A stretch of 56,785 bases of DNA from an uncultured Eubacteriales bacterium (GCA_900320735.1 ONTJ01000031.1:1-56785), one strand, 5' to 3'. Shown: positions 1 through 9,559, numbered from the stretch's first letter. Numbers and translations are program-made. The notes: generated from the sequence alone by a model not told the origin.

Positions 1-258
1 GTTTTAATATCAATATTTATTATAAATAAGGAGTTTAAATTAGAAAATAAAATTGTAATCCTTATTATATCAATATCATTTTTTGTAGAATTTTTAATAG
101 AATTTATTATTGTAAGAACATTTAATATATTATCAAATTTAATAGTGATATATGCTTTATCTAAATCCATGATAGTATCATTATTAACAGTAAATGTATT
201 ATATATTTATGTAAATATACTAACTAAAAGAATTGACATACATAAAAAAACAAAGTAA
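1..258 (+). CDS. 3' end of a hydrophobic (membrane) protein; N-terminus lies outside the window
   Basis: Frame 1 is open from base 1 to TAA at 256-258, which is 85 codons without a stop in very AT-rich DNA. The translation is I/L/V/F-rich (…LLTVNVLYIYVNILTKRIDIHKKTK). It is absent from the ORF track because it has no in-window start. Confidence 0.5.
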   Translation, partial: VLISIFIINKEFKLENKIVILIISISFFVEFLIEFIIVRTFNILSNLIVIYALSKSMIVSLLTVNVLYIYVNILTKRIDIHKKTK

Positions 259-261
259 AAT
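233..261 (+). promoter_or_regulatory. sigma-A-type promoter for the serS leader
   Basis: TTGACA (233-238), a 17-nt spacer, then TAAAAT (256-261). It sits just upstream of the T-box leader. Confidence 0.6.
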
Positions 262-267
262 ATATTT

Positions 268-460
268 GTAAAGCGTTGATGAAAGATTAGTAATAATAAT
301 CATTATTTATAAGAGAATTAGTGGTTGGTGAGAACTAATATAATGATATTATGAATCTACTTTCTAGTTAGGCTAATAACCTACGGTAAAAGCCGTTATC
401 TAATGAGTTAAAAAAAGGATGGTACCGTGCACATGCACTCCTTAAGTATCATCTTTTTTA
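268..460 (+). promoter_or_regulatory. T-box leader (serine specifier) with terminator/antiterminator
   Basis: The T-box core GGATGGTACCGTG (417-429) matches the conserved GGTGGTACCGCG motif, including a UGGU bulge able to pair with the tRNA NCCA end. A specifier-like GAA-TCT-A sits at 353-359, with TCT (Ser) at 356-358. A terminator helix pairs 418-425 with 446-453 and is followed by TTTTTT (454-459). The element lies directly upstream of serS. Confidence 0.8.
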
Positions 461-482
461 CGTTTAGAAGGAGGAAAATGAT

Positions 483-1772
483 ATGTTAGATATTAAATTT
501 GTAAGAGAAAATCCAGAAAAAGTAAAGGAAAATATCAGAAAAAAATTTCAAGATAAGAAGTTAGGACTAGTGGATAGAGTTATCAAACTTGATAGTGAAT
601 ATAGAGAAATTAAAGTAAAAGCTGATAATCTTAGAAATGAAAGAAATACACTAAGTGACAAAATAGGTCTTCTTATGAGAGAAGGCAAAAAAGAAGAAGC
701 TCTTGAAATAAAAAATGATGTAAGTAAGATAAATGAAGAATTAAAAGAATTGGAAGAAAATGAAAATAAATTTTCTACTGAAATAAAATCAATTATGTGT
801 ATGATACCAAATATGATTGCAGATGATGTACCAATTGGAAAAGATGATTCGGAAAATGTAGATGAAATGCACTTTGGTAATCCAGTAGTACCAAGTTATG
901 AAATACCTTATCATGCGGATATAATGGAGAGTTTTAATGGTCTTGATAAAGTTTCTGCTGCCAAAGTATCAGGTAATGGTTTTTATTATTTGATGGGAGA
1001 TATAGCAAGACTTCATTCAGCAACACTTTCATATGCAAGAGATTTTATGATAGATAAAGGATTTACTTATGCAATCCCACCTTTCATGATTAGATCTGAT
1101 GCTGTAGATGGTGTTATGTCTTTTGAAGAAAAAGAAGCAATGATGTATAAAATTGAGGGTGAAGATCTATATATGATTGGGACATCAGAACATTCTATGA
1201 TAGCTAAATTTAAAGGTCAAATAATAGATGAAAGTATGCTTCCAATAACAATGACAAGTTATTCACCATGTTTTAGAAAAGAAGTAGGGGCACATGGTAT
1301 TGAAGAAAGAGGAGTATATAGAATACATCAATTTGAAAAACAAGAAATGATAGTAATATGTAAAAAAGAGGAATCAGAACAGTGGTATGATAAAATGTGG
1401 AAATATTCTGTAGATTTATTTAGAAGTTTAGATATACCAGTTAGAAAATTAGTTTGTTGCTCTGGTGACTTAGCAGATCTTAAATATAGGTCATGTGATA
1501 TAGAAGCATTTTCTCCAAGACAACAAAAATATTTTGAAGTTTGTTCTTGCTCTAATTTAACTGATGCTCAAGCAAGAAGATTGGGTATTAAATATAAAGA
1601 TGAAAATGGTAATAAAGAATTTGCCCATACTCTAAATAATACCGTTATTGCATCACCAAGAATGTTAATAGCGCTTTTAGAAAATAATTATAATGAAGAT
1701 GGTTCTATTACAATACCAATTGTACTAAGACCATATATGGGTGGAAAAGATAAAATTGTACCTATAAAATAG
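483..1772 (+). CDS. serS: seryl-tRNA synthetase
   Basis: 429 aa. The N-terminus MLDIKFVRENPEKVKENI and the coiled-coil arm are typical of SerRS. Class II core motifs are present (FRKEVGAHG, GVYRIHQFEKQE). It follows a Ser T-box and has a GGAGG RBS. Confidence 0.95.
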   Translation: MLDIKFVRENPEKVKENIRKKFQDKKLGLVDRVIKLDSEYREIKVKADNLRNERNTLSDKIGLLMREGKKEEALEIKNDVSKINEELKELEENENKFSTEIKSIMCMIPNMIADDVPIGKDDSENVDEMHFGNPVVPSYEIPYHADIMESFNGLDKVSAAKVSGNGFYYLMGDIARLHSATLSYARDFMIDKGFTYAIPPFMIRSDAVDGVMSFEEKEAMMYKIEGEDLYMIGTSEHSMIAKFKGQIIDESMLPITMTSYSPCFRKEVGAHGIEERGVYRIHQFEKQEMIVICKKEESEQWYDKMWKYSVDLFRSLDIPVRKLVCCSGDLADLKYRSCDIEAFSPRQQKYFEVCSCSNLTDAQARRLGIKYKDENGNKEFAHTLNNTVIASPRMLIALLENNYNEDGSITIPIVLRPYMGGKDKIVPIK

Positions 1773-1780
1773 GAGAAATT

Positions 1781-2266
1781 ATGATTAATAAAAGAAGTGG
1801 ATATATAAGTTGGGATTCATATTTTATGGGAATTGCAGAACTTTCTGCAAATAGAAGCAAAGATCCAAATACTAGGGTTGGTGCATGCATAGTATCAAAA
1901 GATAAGAAAATATTATCAGTGGGATATAATGGCGCACCTAATGGGTATGATGATAATGATATGCCTTGGGATAGAGAAGGAGATTTCATAAATACTAAGT
2001 ATGCATATGTATGTCATGCAGAATTAAATGCAATCCTAAATAATAAGGGTTCTAACTTAGAAGGCTCAACTATTTATGTAGATTTATTTCCATGCAATGA
2101 ATGCGCAAAAGCAATTATTCAATCTGGAATTAAAGAAATAATATATAAATCTGATAAATATAATGGTACTGATAGTAATATAGTATCTAAAAAAATGCTT
2201 GATTATTGTGGTGTGAAATATAGAAAATATGTTGAGGAAGGAAAAGAAATTAATTTAAAATTATAG
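1781..2266 (+). CDS. dCMP (deoxycytidylate) deaminase, ComEB-like
   Basis: 161 aa carrying the zinc-deaminase motifs HAELNAI and PCNECAKAI. The size and layout fit the dCMP deaminase family. Confidence 0.85.
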   Translation: MINKRSGYISWDSYFMGIAELSANRSKDPNTRVGACIVSKDKKILSVGYNGAPNGYDDNDMPWDREGDFINTKYAYVCHAELNAILNNKGSNLEGSTIYVDLFPCNECAKAIIQSGIKEIIYKSDKYNGTDSNIVSKKMLDYCGVKYRKYVEEGKEINLKL

Positions 2267-2296
2267 AAAACTAACTATCAATTAGTTAGTTTTTTT
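2267..2296 (+). terminator. intrinsic terminator after the deaminase gene
   Basis: A stem pairs AAAACTAACTA (2267-2277) with TAGTTAGTTTT (2283-2293) around a 5-nt loop and runs into a T tract. Confidence 0.6.
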
Positions 2297-2304
2297 GATA
2301 TAAT
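2296..2304 (+). promoter_or_regulatory. extended -10 promoter (TGaTATAAT)
   Basis: TGATATAAT lies 22 nt upstream of the ATG at 2326. The same motif recurs upstream of many genes in this window. Confidence 0.45.
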
Positions 2305-2325
2305 ATTTTCTCGAGGTGATTAAAT

Positions 2326-2646
2326 ATGAATTTATTTATAAATGAAATAAAACATAAAATGATTGATGAAAACATTACAGAAGAAAAACTTGCACATATG
2401 ATTGGATGCTCTGAGGTATCACTTAATAAGTGGCTTAGTGAAAAAGAAGAAATGCCTGTTATGATTTCTAATAGTATTAAAAAAACTTTAAACATTATGA
2501 AAAGTGAAGATGAAAAAAATTTAAAAGATTTAGCTGATAGATTTGGCAAATTAAGCGATGAAAATAAAAATAAAGTTTTAGAATACATTGAATTTTTACA
2601 ATATAGTGAAAATAAATTAAAATTATCAATGACACCTAGCTGTTAA
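2326..2646 (+). CDS. small XRE-type helix-turn-helix protein
   Basis: 106 aa. The segment TEEKLAHMIGCSEVSLNKWLSEKE fits an HTH_3-like helix-turn-helix. The C-terminal part is charged. Confidence 0.55.
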   Translation: MNLFINEIKHKMIDENITEEKLAHMIGCSEVSLNKWLSEKEEMPVMISNSIKKTLNIMKSEDEKNLKDLADRFGKLSDENKNKVLEYIEFLQYSENKLKLSMTPSC

Positions 2647-2660
2647 AAAGTTAGATTTTT

Positions 2661-2669
2661 TGATATAAT
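2661..2669 (+). promoter_or_regulatory. extended -10 promoter (TGaTATAAT) upstream of miaB
   Basis: TGATATAAT at 2661-2669. It sits within a roughly 45-nt segment that is nearly duplicated from 2283-2325. Confidence 0.45.
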
Positions 2670-2688
2670 ACGAAATAGAGGTGTAATT

Positions 2689-4128
2689 ATGCTTAAACAT
2701 GTTAATATAAAACCTTCTTATATTGATGCCAAAAGAAGGACAAAAGAAGAAGTTAAAATACTTACAGATGAGTATATAATGACAAACGAATTAAAAAAAT
2801 TAGGACTTGGTAAGAAGTATCATATTATTACATATGGTTGTCAAGGAAATGTAAGAGATTCTGAAACTATTAGCGCAATACTTGAAGATATGTCATTTAC
2901 AAGTACTGAGAATATTGAAGATGCAGATCTAATATTACTTAATACCTGTGCGATAAGAGAAAATGCTCATAATAAAGTATTTGGTATGTTAGGCAGAATA
3001 AAACACTTAAAGATGACAAACCCAAACATAATAACAGTTCTTTGTGGCTGTATGGCACAAGAAGAATCAGTTGTAGAAGAAATAGAAAAAAATTATAAAT
3101 GGATGGATTTAGTGTTTGGAACACATAATATTCAAAATTTACCAAGATTACTTTCTCAGGCAATGGAATTAAACGAATTAATTATTGAAGTCTTTTCTAA
3201 AGAAGGGGATATAGTCGAAAACCTTCCTGTAAAGAGAGAAAGTAAATACAAAGCATTTGTAAATATAATGTATGGATGTGATAAGTTTTGTACATATTGT
3301 ATAGTACCATTTACAAGAGGAAAACAAAGAAGTAGAAAAGAAGAAGATATATTAAAAGAAATTGATGGACTAATAAAAAAAGGATATAAAGAGGTTACTT
3401 TACTTGGCCAAAATGTTAATGCCTATGGTAAAGATTTAAGTGATGGATCATCTATGAGTAAATTACTTGAAGATGTCGCTAAAACAAAAATTGAGAGAAT
3501 AAGATTCGTAACTTCACATCCTTGGGATTTTACAGATGAAATGATAGATGTGATAGCTAAATATGATAATATTATGCCTTATATTCATCTACCACTTCAA
3601 TCAGGTAGTAATAATATACTTAAATTAATGGGAAGAAGATATACAAAAGAAGAATATCTAACTCTTGCAAAAAAAATAAGAGAAAAAATACCTAATGTAT
3701 GTATTACTACTGATATAATTGTAGGATTTCCAGGTGAAACAAGGGAAGATTTTAATGAAACACTTCAGGTAGTAGATGAGGTTAAATATGATGGTGCATT
3801 TACTTTTATATATTCTCCAAGAGAAAATACTCCAGCTGCCAAGATGGATGACAATATACCATTTGAGGAAAAACAACAAAGATTGTATGAACTAAATGAA
3901 CTTGTAAATAAATATTCAAATAATAGTAATAATAAATTATTAGAAAAGATAGTACCTGTTTTAATTGAAGGAGTTTCATCAAAAGGAAAAGATATATATT
4001 TTGGATATACAGATACCATGAAACTTGTTAATGTAAAATGTGGTAGTGAAGACTTAGGTAAAATTATAAATGTAGTAATAAAAGATGCAAAATCTTGGAG
4101 CCTAAATGGGGAAAAAGTTAATGAATGA
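2689..4128 (+). CDS. miaB: tRNA-2-methylthio-N6-dimethylallyladenosine synthase (radical SAM methylthiotransferase)
   Basis: 479 aa. It has the UPF0004 N-domain (YHIITYGCQGNVRDSE), the radical-SAM CxxxCxxC motif (CDKFCTYCIVP) and a C-terminal TRAM-like domain. Confidence 0.9.
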   Translation: MLKHVNIKPSYIDAKRRTKEEVKILTDEYIMTNELKKLGLGKKYHIITYGCQGNVRDSETISAILEDMSFTSTENIEDADLILLNTCAIRENAHNKVFGMLGRIKHLKMTNPNIITVLCGCMAQEESVVEEIEKNYKWMDLVFGTHNIQNLPRLLSQAMELNELIIEVFSKEGDIVENLPVKRESKYKAFVNIMYGCDKFCTYCIVPFTRGKQRSRKEEDILKEIDGLIKKGYKEVTLLGQNVNAYGKDLSDGSSMSKLLEDVAKTKIERIRFVTSHPWDFTDEMIDVIAKYDNIMPYIHLPLQSGSNNILKLMGRRYTKEEYLTLAKKIREKIPNVCITTDIIVGFPGETREDFNETLQVVDEVKYDGAFTFIYSPRENTPAAKMDDNIPFEEKQQRLYELNELVNKYSNNSNNKLLEKIVPVLIEGVSSKGKDIYFGYTDTMKLVNVKCGSEDLGKIINVVIKDAKSWSLNGEKVNE

Positions 4129-4456
4129 TGTAATAAAAGATGTAGAAAAATTAAAGGAAAATTTAATTAATTCTAGTGAATATAAAAATTATAAGAAATG
4201 TGAAAAAATAATAGATAGTAATAAAGAAATAAATGAAGTTATAGATAATATAAAGAATATACAAAAGATTATTATAAACAAAGAAGATAAGAAAAAACCT
4301 ACCGATAAGGAAGATGTACAACTAAGTAGTCTTTATCAGAAATTGTATTCATATAAAGAATATAATGATTACATACAAGCATCAAAAGAATTAAATGAAA
4401 TAATCACATGTGTTCAAAAAGAATTTGAAAATTATTTTAATAGATTTATAATTTAA
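4106..4456 (+). CDS. YlbF/YmcA (RicA)-like small helical protein
   Basis: 116 aa, helical and K/E/N-rich. It lies immediately downstream of and overlapping miaB, the same position ymcA occupies after ymcB(miaB) in Bacillus. The family call rests on synteny plus composition only. Confidence 0.45.
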   Translation: MGKKLMNDVIKDVEKLKENLINSSEYKNYKKCEKIIDSNKEINEVIDNIKNIQKIIINKEDKKKPTDKEDVQLSSLYQKLYSYKEYNDYIQASKELNEIITCVQKEFENYFNRFII

Positions 4457-4479
4457 AGAACAAAAATGTTCTTTTTTTC
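4457..4479 (+). terminator. intrinsic terminator
   Basis: AGAACA (4457-4462) pairs with TGTTCT (4467-4472) around an AAAA loop, followed by TTTTTTT. Confidence 0.7.
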
Positions 4480-4535
4480 TTTACAAATTAACAATAACAA
4501 ATATAATAATAATTACAAATGTTAATGGAGGGTAT

Positions 4536-4847
4536 ATGGATAACATTGAAGAACTAATCAAACTTAAAAAATTTATAAACTTGTCTGATATATATTTGAA
4601 AAGGTTAAATAGGGGAATGACTATTAATAATTTAATAAATCAATTAGATACTGAAGAATATATTTATACATATAATCAACAATGTAATGATCCTAATTTA
4701 AATGATTATACTGGGTTTATAGAAAATGACGAAGATATAATCGACAATTGGTATGCACTAGCAAAGGCTTCATATGAATTTAATAATAAACAACTTACAA
4801 AGAATAAAATTATCGATGAATATATATTAAAAATGTTAATCAGATAG
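4536..4847 (+). CDS. hypothetical protein
   Basis: 103-aa ORF with a GGAGGG RBS 7 nt upstream. I recognise no motif. Confidence 0.55.
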   Translation: MDNIEELIKLKKFINLSDIYLKRLNRGMTINNLINQLDTEEYIYTYNQQCNDPNLNDYTGFIENDEDIIDNWYALAKASYEFNNKQLTKNKIIDEYILKMLIR

Positions 4848-4878
4848 AAAAATATGGTAAAATTAAATTGGTGGTTAT

Positions 4879-5511
4879 ATGAATTTTAATTATGATGGAA
4901 AAAATTATGAAGTTGTTATAGAAAAAAAGAATATAAAAAATACATATATTAGGGTAAAGGATGATCTAAAAATATATGTATCAGCACCACATTTAGCACC
5001 TAAAATTTTTATTAAAAATTTAATTAACAATAATAGAAAACAAATAATAAAGATGATAGAAATAAAAGAAAATAATATGTGCAAAAAGAAATATAATTAT
5101 TACTTAGGTAAAAAAATTAATATCATCTATCAAGATATAAGCAAACCATATTTTATTGAAGATACACTATATGTAAAAGAAAAAGAAGATATAAAAAAAT
5201 GGTATTTAAGTGAGGCAAAGAAAGTATTTAAAGAAAGACTAGATATAATATATAATTCTTTTACAAAAGATGTTCCATATCCAAAATTAGTAATTAGGAA
5301 TATGAAAACAAGATGGGGAGTATGTAATAAGAAACTTGAAAAAGTAACTTTAAATTATAATTTAATTTATATGGATATAAAATATATAGATTATGTAATT
5401 GTACATGAACTTTCTCATTTTATTCATTTTGATCATAGTAAAAGTTTTTGGAAATTGGTTTGTGAAAATGAGCCAAATTATAAGCAAATAAGAAAAGAGA
5501 TGAGAGAATAA
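4879..5511 (+). CDS. M48-family/DUF45 (YgjP-like) zinc metallopeptidase
   Basis: 210 aa. The C-terminal HELSHFIHFDHSKSFWKLV contains an HExxH motif in the context typical of DUF45/YgjP proteins. Confidence 0.75.
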   Translation: MNFNYDGKNYEVVIEKKNIKNTYIRVKDDLKIYVSAPHLAPKIFIKNLINNNRKQIIKMIEIKENNMCKKKYNYYLGKKINIIYQDISKPYFIEDTLYVKEKEDIKKWYLSEAKKVFKERLDIIYNSFTKDVPYPKLVIRNMKTRWGVCNKKLEKVTLNYNLIYMDIKYIDYVIVHELSHFIHFDHSKSFWKLVCENEPNYKQIRKEMRE

Positions 5512-6233
5512 TGTTAATTGAATCTATTGAAAATAAGAAAATAAAAAGTCTAAAAAAATTACATTTAAAGAAATATAGAGAACAAGAAGAAATGTTTTTA
5601 GTTGAGGGTATACATTTAGTAAGTGAAGCATACAAAACAGGAAATCTACTTGAGGTATTACTTTTAGAAGGTAGTGAAATCAATTTAGATGTTAATAAAA
5701 TATACGTTTCAAAAAATGTAATGAAATATATATCTGAACTTGAAACGCCATATGAAATAATAGGTGTATGTAAATATCCCAAAATTAAAGATATTGGTGA
5801 TAGAGTGCTTATGATAGATGGTATTCAAGATCCAGGGAATTTAGGTACTATCATAAGAAGTAGTGTGGCTTTTAATATTGATACAATAATAATTAGTACA
5901 AATTCTGTTGACTTATATAATTCAAAGGTAGTACGAGCTGCACAAGGAATGAATTTTCATATTAACATAATACGAGATGATTTAAGAAAGATAATACTTA
6001 ATTTAAAAAATAATGAATACAAAATATATACAACAGATGTAAATAATGGAAACGAGTTAAAAAATATAAAAAATCCTTTAAAATATGGTATAATAATGGG
6101 GAATGAAGGAAATGGTGTTTCACCTGAAATAGCAAATCTTTCAGACGAAAAAATTTATATAAAAATGAATGAAAATTGTGAAAGTTTAAATGTAGCAGTA
6201 GCCACTTCAATAATATTATATGAACTAATGTAA
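5511..6233 (+). CDS. TrmH/SpoU-family RNA 2'-O-methyltransferase
   Basis: 240 aa carrying SpoU motifs (DGIQDPGNLGTIIRS, GNEGNGVS, ESLNVAVATSIILYE). Its start overlaps the upstream stop as TAATG. Confidence 0.85.
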   Translation: MLIESIENKKIKSLKKLHLKKYREQEEMFLVEGIHLVSEAYKTGNLLEVLLLEGSEINLDVNKIYVSKNVMKYISELETPYEIIGVCKYPKIKDIGDRVLMIDGIQDPGNLGTIIRSSVAFNIDTIIISTNSVDLYNSKVVRAAQGMNFHINIIRDDLRKIILNLKNNEYKIYTTDVNNGNELKNIKNPLKYGIIMGNEGNGVSPEIANLSDEKIYIKMNENCESLNVAVATSIILYELM

Positions 6234-6245
6234 GTAGGTGATTTT

Positions 6246-6725
6246 ATGGAATTTATAAATATAGGTAAAATAGTAAATACTCATGGATTAAAAGGTGAAC
6301 TTAGAATAATATCAGACTTCAGATATAAACATAAGGTTTTTATTAATGGTATGAAACTTTATGTAGGAAAAAAATATGAAGAGTTTACTATAAACACTTA
6401 TAGATTTCATAAAATTTATGACATGGTTACATTTGATGGTTATAATGATATTAATGAAGTTGAATATTTAAAAGGCAAAAGTGTATATATAAATGCTGAT
6501 GATTTAAAGCTTGATAATGAAATATATTCAGGAAAATTAATCGGATTTAAAGTATATATTGGTGATAAAGAAATAGGAAACGTAACTGAAATTATAGATA
6601 CAAAAGCAAATGAAGTACTTAGAATATCAAAAGATATTTTAATACCATATGTAGATGCATTTATTAAAAAAATAGATTTGGATAAAAAAATAATAATTGT
6701 AAATGATATAGGAGGGTTAATATGA
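6246..6725 (+). CDS. rimM: 16S rRNA processing protein RimM
   Basis: 159 aa. The N-terminus [16 protein letters not shown] is the RimM signature, a PRC-barrel-like C-terminus follows, and the gene sits directly upstream of trmD. Confidence 0.85.
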   Translation: MEFINIGKIVNTHGLKGELRIISDFRYKHKVFINGMKLYVGKKYEEFTINTYRFHKIYDMVTFDGYNDINEVEYLKGKSVYINADDLKLDNEIYSGKLIGFKVYIGDKEIGNVTEIIDTKANEVLRISKDILIPYVDAFIKKIDLDKKIIIVNDIGGLI

Positions 6726-7843
6726 AATTTAAAATTTTAACATTATTTCCTACTATGTTTGATGGTTTTTTATCAGAGTCTATTATCAAAAGGGCAATCG
6801 AAAATAAGAAAATTGATATAAGTATTCATAATATAAGAGATTATGCAGTAGGAAAACATAATCAGGTAGATGATACACCATATGGTGGAGGATCTGGAAT
6901 GCTTCTTATGTGTGAGCCAATATTTAATGCAGTAGAAGACGTAAAAACAAAAAAATCTAAAGTAATTATGATGAGTCCAGATGGTGAAAAATTAACTCAA
7001 AAAAAGGCATATGAATTATCAAAAGAAAGTGATTTGATTTTAATATGTGGTCATTATGAAGGATTTGATGAAAGAATAAATTCTATTGTTGATGAAAAAA
7101 TATCAATAGGTGATTATGTTTTGACAGGTGGAGAATTACCTGCTATGGTACTCATAGATTCTGTATCTAGATTAGTAGATGGAGTAATAAAAAAAGAATC
7201 ACATATAAATGATTCATTTAATGATAATTTACTTGATTACCCTCAATATACTAAACCAAGAGAATTTAATGGTATGAAAGTACCTGATGTACTTCTTTCA
7301 GGCGACCATAAAAAAATAGATGAATGGAGAATGGAAGAAGCTATTAAAAAAACAAAAGAAAAAAGACCAGATTTAATTGAAAAAGAAGAAACTAAAAGAA
7401 AAAAAATAGGCGAATATACACTAATAGATGATAAAAGTAAGAAAAAATTAGAAACTATTAATATAAATGAAACGTTTAATTTTAAACCTAAAAACAACAT
7501 AAAAAAAGAAGAATTAAATTCAATAAGTAAAATAGTATTAGTTGAACCTACATTTATTGAAACAATAGCTAAGAAAAATATAAATAAAAAATTAAATGTG
7601 TTACTTAGTCAAATATCTATAGTATTAAATGATGAGACTGATGATGAAGCAGGTGAATATGTACTTGGCGAGATAGATAGACTAGAAAATATGATTCTTT
7701 CAAATTACCAACAATATTTGGGAAGCGATTACATAAAATTAGTTAGAAATAAACTAAAAATACTAAGAGAAGAGATAAAATATAAGCAAATGATGAAGAT
7801 ACAGACAGTAGAATATAAAGAAAAGAAGGGAAGAAGTTTATAA
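6722..7843 (+). CDS. trmD: tRNA (guanine37-N1)-methyltransferase TrmD with a C-terminal extension of about 150 aa
   Basis: The first 225 aa or so are a canonical TrmD ([59 protein letters not shown]). Residues about 225-373 are an extra K/E/N-rich region with no motif I recognise. Confidence 0.9.
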   Translation: MKFKILTLFPTMFDGFLSESIIKRAIENKKIDISIHNIRDYAVGKHNQVDDTPYGGGSGMLLMCEPIFNAVEDVKTKKSKVIMMSPDGEKLTQKKAYELSKESDLILICGHYEGFDERINSIVDEKISIGDYVLTGGELPAMVLIDSVSRLVDGVIKKESHINDSFNDNLLDYPQYTKPREFNGMKVPDVLLSGDHKKIDEWRMEEAIKKTKEKRPDLIEKEETKRKKIGEYTLIDDKSKKKLETININETFNFKPKNNIKKEELNSISKIVLVEPTFIETIAKKNINKKLNVLLSQISIVLNDETDDEAGEYVLGEIDRLENMILSNYQQYLGSDYIKLVRNKLKILREEIKYKQMMKIQTVEYKEKKGRSL

Positions 7844-8883
7844 TGGGTAATATAATATTAACAGGAGATAGACCAACAGGCAATTTGCATTTGGGTCACT
7901 ATATAGGTTCACTTAAAAATAGGTTAAAACTTCAAAATGAAGGACATTATGATGAAATGTATGTGATGATTGCAGATGCACAAGCACTAACTGACAATTT
8001 TGATAATCCTAAGAAGATAAGAGACTATGTAAAAGAAGTTGCAATTGATTATTTATCGGTAGGAATTGATCCAAATAAGGTAAATATATTTATACAATCA
8101 GAAGTATCCGAACTTACTGAATTAACTTTCTATTACATGAATTTAGTTACAGTGTCAAGACTTCAAAGAAATCCAACTGTAAAAAATGAAATAAAACAAA
8201 AAGATTTTGATGCATCCATTCCAACTGGATTCTTATGCTATCCTATATCACAAAGTGCAGATATAACTGCATTTAAAGCGAATGTAATTCCTGTAGGTGA
8301 TGATCAACTTCCTATGATAGAACAAGCAAATGAAATTGTTAGGACATTTAATAGAATATATGGAGAAACTTTAGTAGAATGCAAAGCAATATTACCTGAA
8401 AAAGAAATACAAAGACGTCTACCTGGTTTAGATGGTAACAATAAAATGAGCAAATCACTTGGCAATTGTATATATTTATGTGATGATAGTGAGGCTGTTA
8501 AAACTAAAGTAATGAGTATGTATACAGATCCAAATCATATAAAGATAGAAGATCCTGGAAAAGTAGAAGGGAATATGGTATTTACATATCTAGATGCATT
8601 TTCTAGTGATGATCAAATTAAAAAATATAGTGAATTTAATTCTTTAGAAGAAATGAAAAACAAATATTCCATAGGTGGTCTTGGAGATGTATATATTAAA
8701 AAAGTATTATATAATGTACTTGAAGAAATATTGACTCCAATAAGGGAAAAAAGAAGATACTATGAAGAACATCCAGAAGAGGTATTAAATATTTTGAAAA
8801 ATGGTACAAATAAAGCAAAAGAAAAAGCAAGCAATACTTTAAGGGAAGTAAAAAAAGCAATAATGATAGATTATTTTAATTAA
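7843..8883 (+). CDS. trpS: tryptophanyl-tRNA synthetase
   Basis: 346 aa. It has a HIGH-type motif (TGNLHLGHY), a KMSKS motif and a TrpRS-like length. Its start overlaps the trmD stop as TAATG. Confidence 0.9.
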   Translation: MGNIILTGDRPTGNLHLGHYIGSLKNRLKLQNEGHYDEMYVMIADAQALTDNFDNPKKIRDYVKEVAIDYLSVGIDPNKVNIFIQSEVSELTELTFYYMNLVTVSRLQRNPTVKNEIKQKDFDASIPTGFLCYPISQSADITAFKANVIPVGDDQLPMIEQANEIVRTFNRIYGETLVECKAILPEKEIQRRLPGLDGNNKMSKSLGNCIYLCDDSEAVKTKVMSMYTDPNHIKIEDPGKVEGNMVFTYLDAFSSDDQIKKYSEFNSLEEMKNKYSIGGLGDVYIKKVLYNVLEEILTPIREKRRYYEEHPEEVLNILKNGTNKAKEKASNTLREVKKAIMIDYFN

Positions 8884-8938
8884 TAATCTATTTTTTTATT
8901 ATTTGATATGTATAAATATTGTTCTTTTTTATTATAGA

Positions 8939-8947
8939 TGATATAAT
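8939..8947 (+). promoter_or_regulatory. extended -10 promoter (TGaTATAAT)
   Basis: TGATATAAT at 8939-8947. A weak -35 TTGTTC lies at 8919-8924, giving a 17-nt spacer. Confidence 0.45.
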
Positions 8948-8967
8948 TAAAAGTAGAATACGGAGGG

Positions 8968-9225
8968 ATGTCAGTGGATAAGAAAGTATTAATTACTAAT
9001 TCACAGGGTGCTCAAATTCAAGCTGACGTAGTAACGGCATTTAAATTAAAAGAAAATAACAATAAATATATTGTTTATACTTTTAATGAAAAAAACAACA
9101 ATAATATTAAGACTTATGTGTCAAAAATACGAGAAGAAGAAAATGGCATTTATTTTGATTCTATTACTGATGACGAAGAGTGGAAACTAGTAAGAGAAGC
9201 GATAATAAATGAAGTTATTAATTAG
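8968..9225 (+). CDS. DUF1292/UPF0473-like small acidic protein
   Basis: 85 aa. The pattern ITNSQGAQIQADVVTAF…KYIVYTF…ITDDEEWKLVREAI resembles the YrzB/DUF1292 family. The true start may be GTG at 8974. Confidence 0.55.
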   Translation: MSVDKKVLITNSQGAQIQADVVTAFKLKENNNKYIVYTFNEKNNNNIKTYVSKIREEENGIYFDSITDDEEWKLVREAIINEVIN

Positions 9226-9233
9226 GAGGGATT

Positions 9234-9506
9234 ATGACGAGATTTATAAATCCAGTAGTGTTGAAATTAAAAAAAATAGAAGAAGAAAACAATAAACTTA
9301 AAGGTGAAACTATAGAAGAAGATAATAATCAAATTATATCTATAGATGAAATATTAGATGAAGATGAAAAAATAGAATTTATAGTATTTCCTAAGTTTGC
9401 TACCATAACAGGCCTTCCAAGAAATATTGACATAAGTGAAGGTAATTTGAATAATATAGAATATAATAAATTTTATATAGACAATAGTTTTACTAGAGGA
9501 ATGTAA
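9234..9506 (+). CDS. hypothetical protein
   Basis: 90-aa acidic ORF with a GGAGGG RBS. No recognisable motif. Confidence 0.5.
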   Translation: MTRFINPVVLKLKKIEEENNKLKGETIEEDNNQIISIDEILDEDEKIEFIVFPKFATITGLPRNIDISEGNLNNIEYNKFYIDNSFTRGM

Positions 9507-9535
9507 TTGATTTAGACAATTAAATATGATATAAT
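9507..9535 (+). promoter_or_regulatory. sigma-A-type promoter
   Basis: TTGATT (9507-9512), a 17-nt spacer containing TG (9527-9528), then TATAAT (9530-9535). Confidence 0.5.
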
Positions 9536-9559
9536 ATTAAAATATGTGAGGTGTATGAA

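Noticed and set aside
1762-1989. 75-aa minus-strand ORF, along with similar minus-strand track ORFs: 2286-2588, 2939-3163, 3658-4019, 5420-5782, 5998-6210, 7243-7500, 13710-13961, 15826-16128, 17254-17753, 21452-21751, 22055-22832, 23196-23471, 24267-24506, 24999-25217, 27538-27741, 30237-30431, 31749-32123, 33628-33840, 36130-36333, 44609-45274, 47070-47465, 50854-51117, 51730-52175 and 53742-53984.
   Set aside because: Each lies antisense to, and largely inside, a + strand gene with strong family motifs. Their translations are low-complexity S/F/L/I-rich, as expected for shadow frames. None has an RBS or promoter context.
8884-8938. Possible terminator after trpS (AATAAT…ATTATT with a T run).
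   Set aside because: The pairing is A/T-only and short, so it cannot be told apart from background in this composition.
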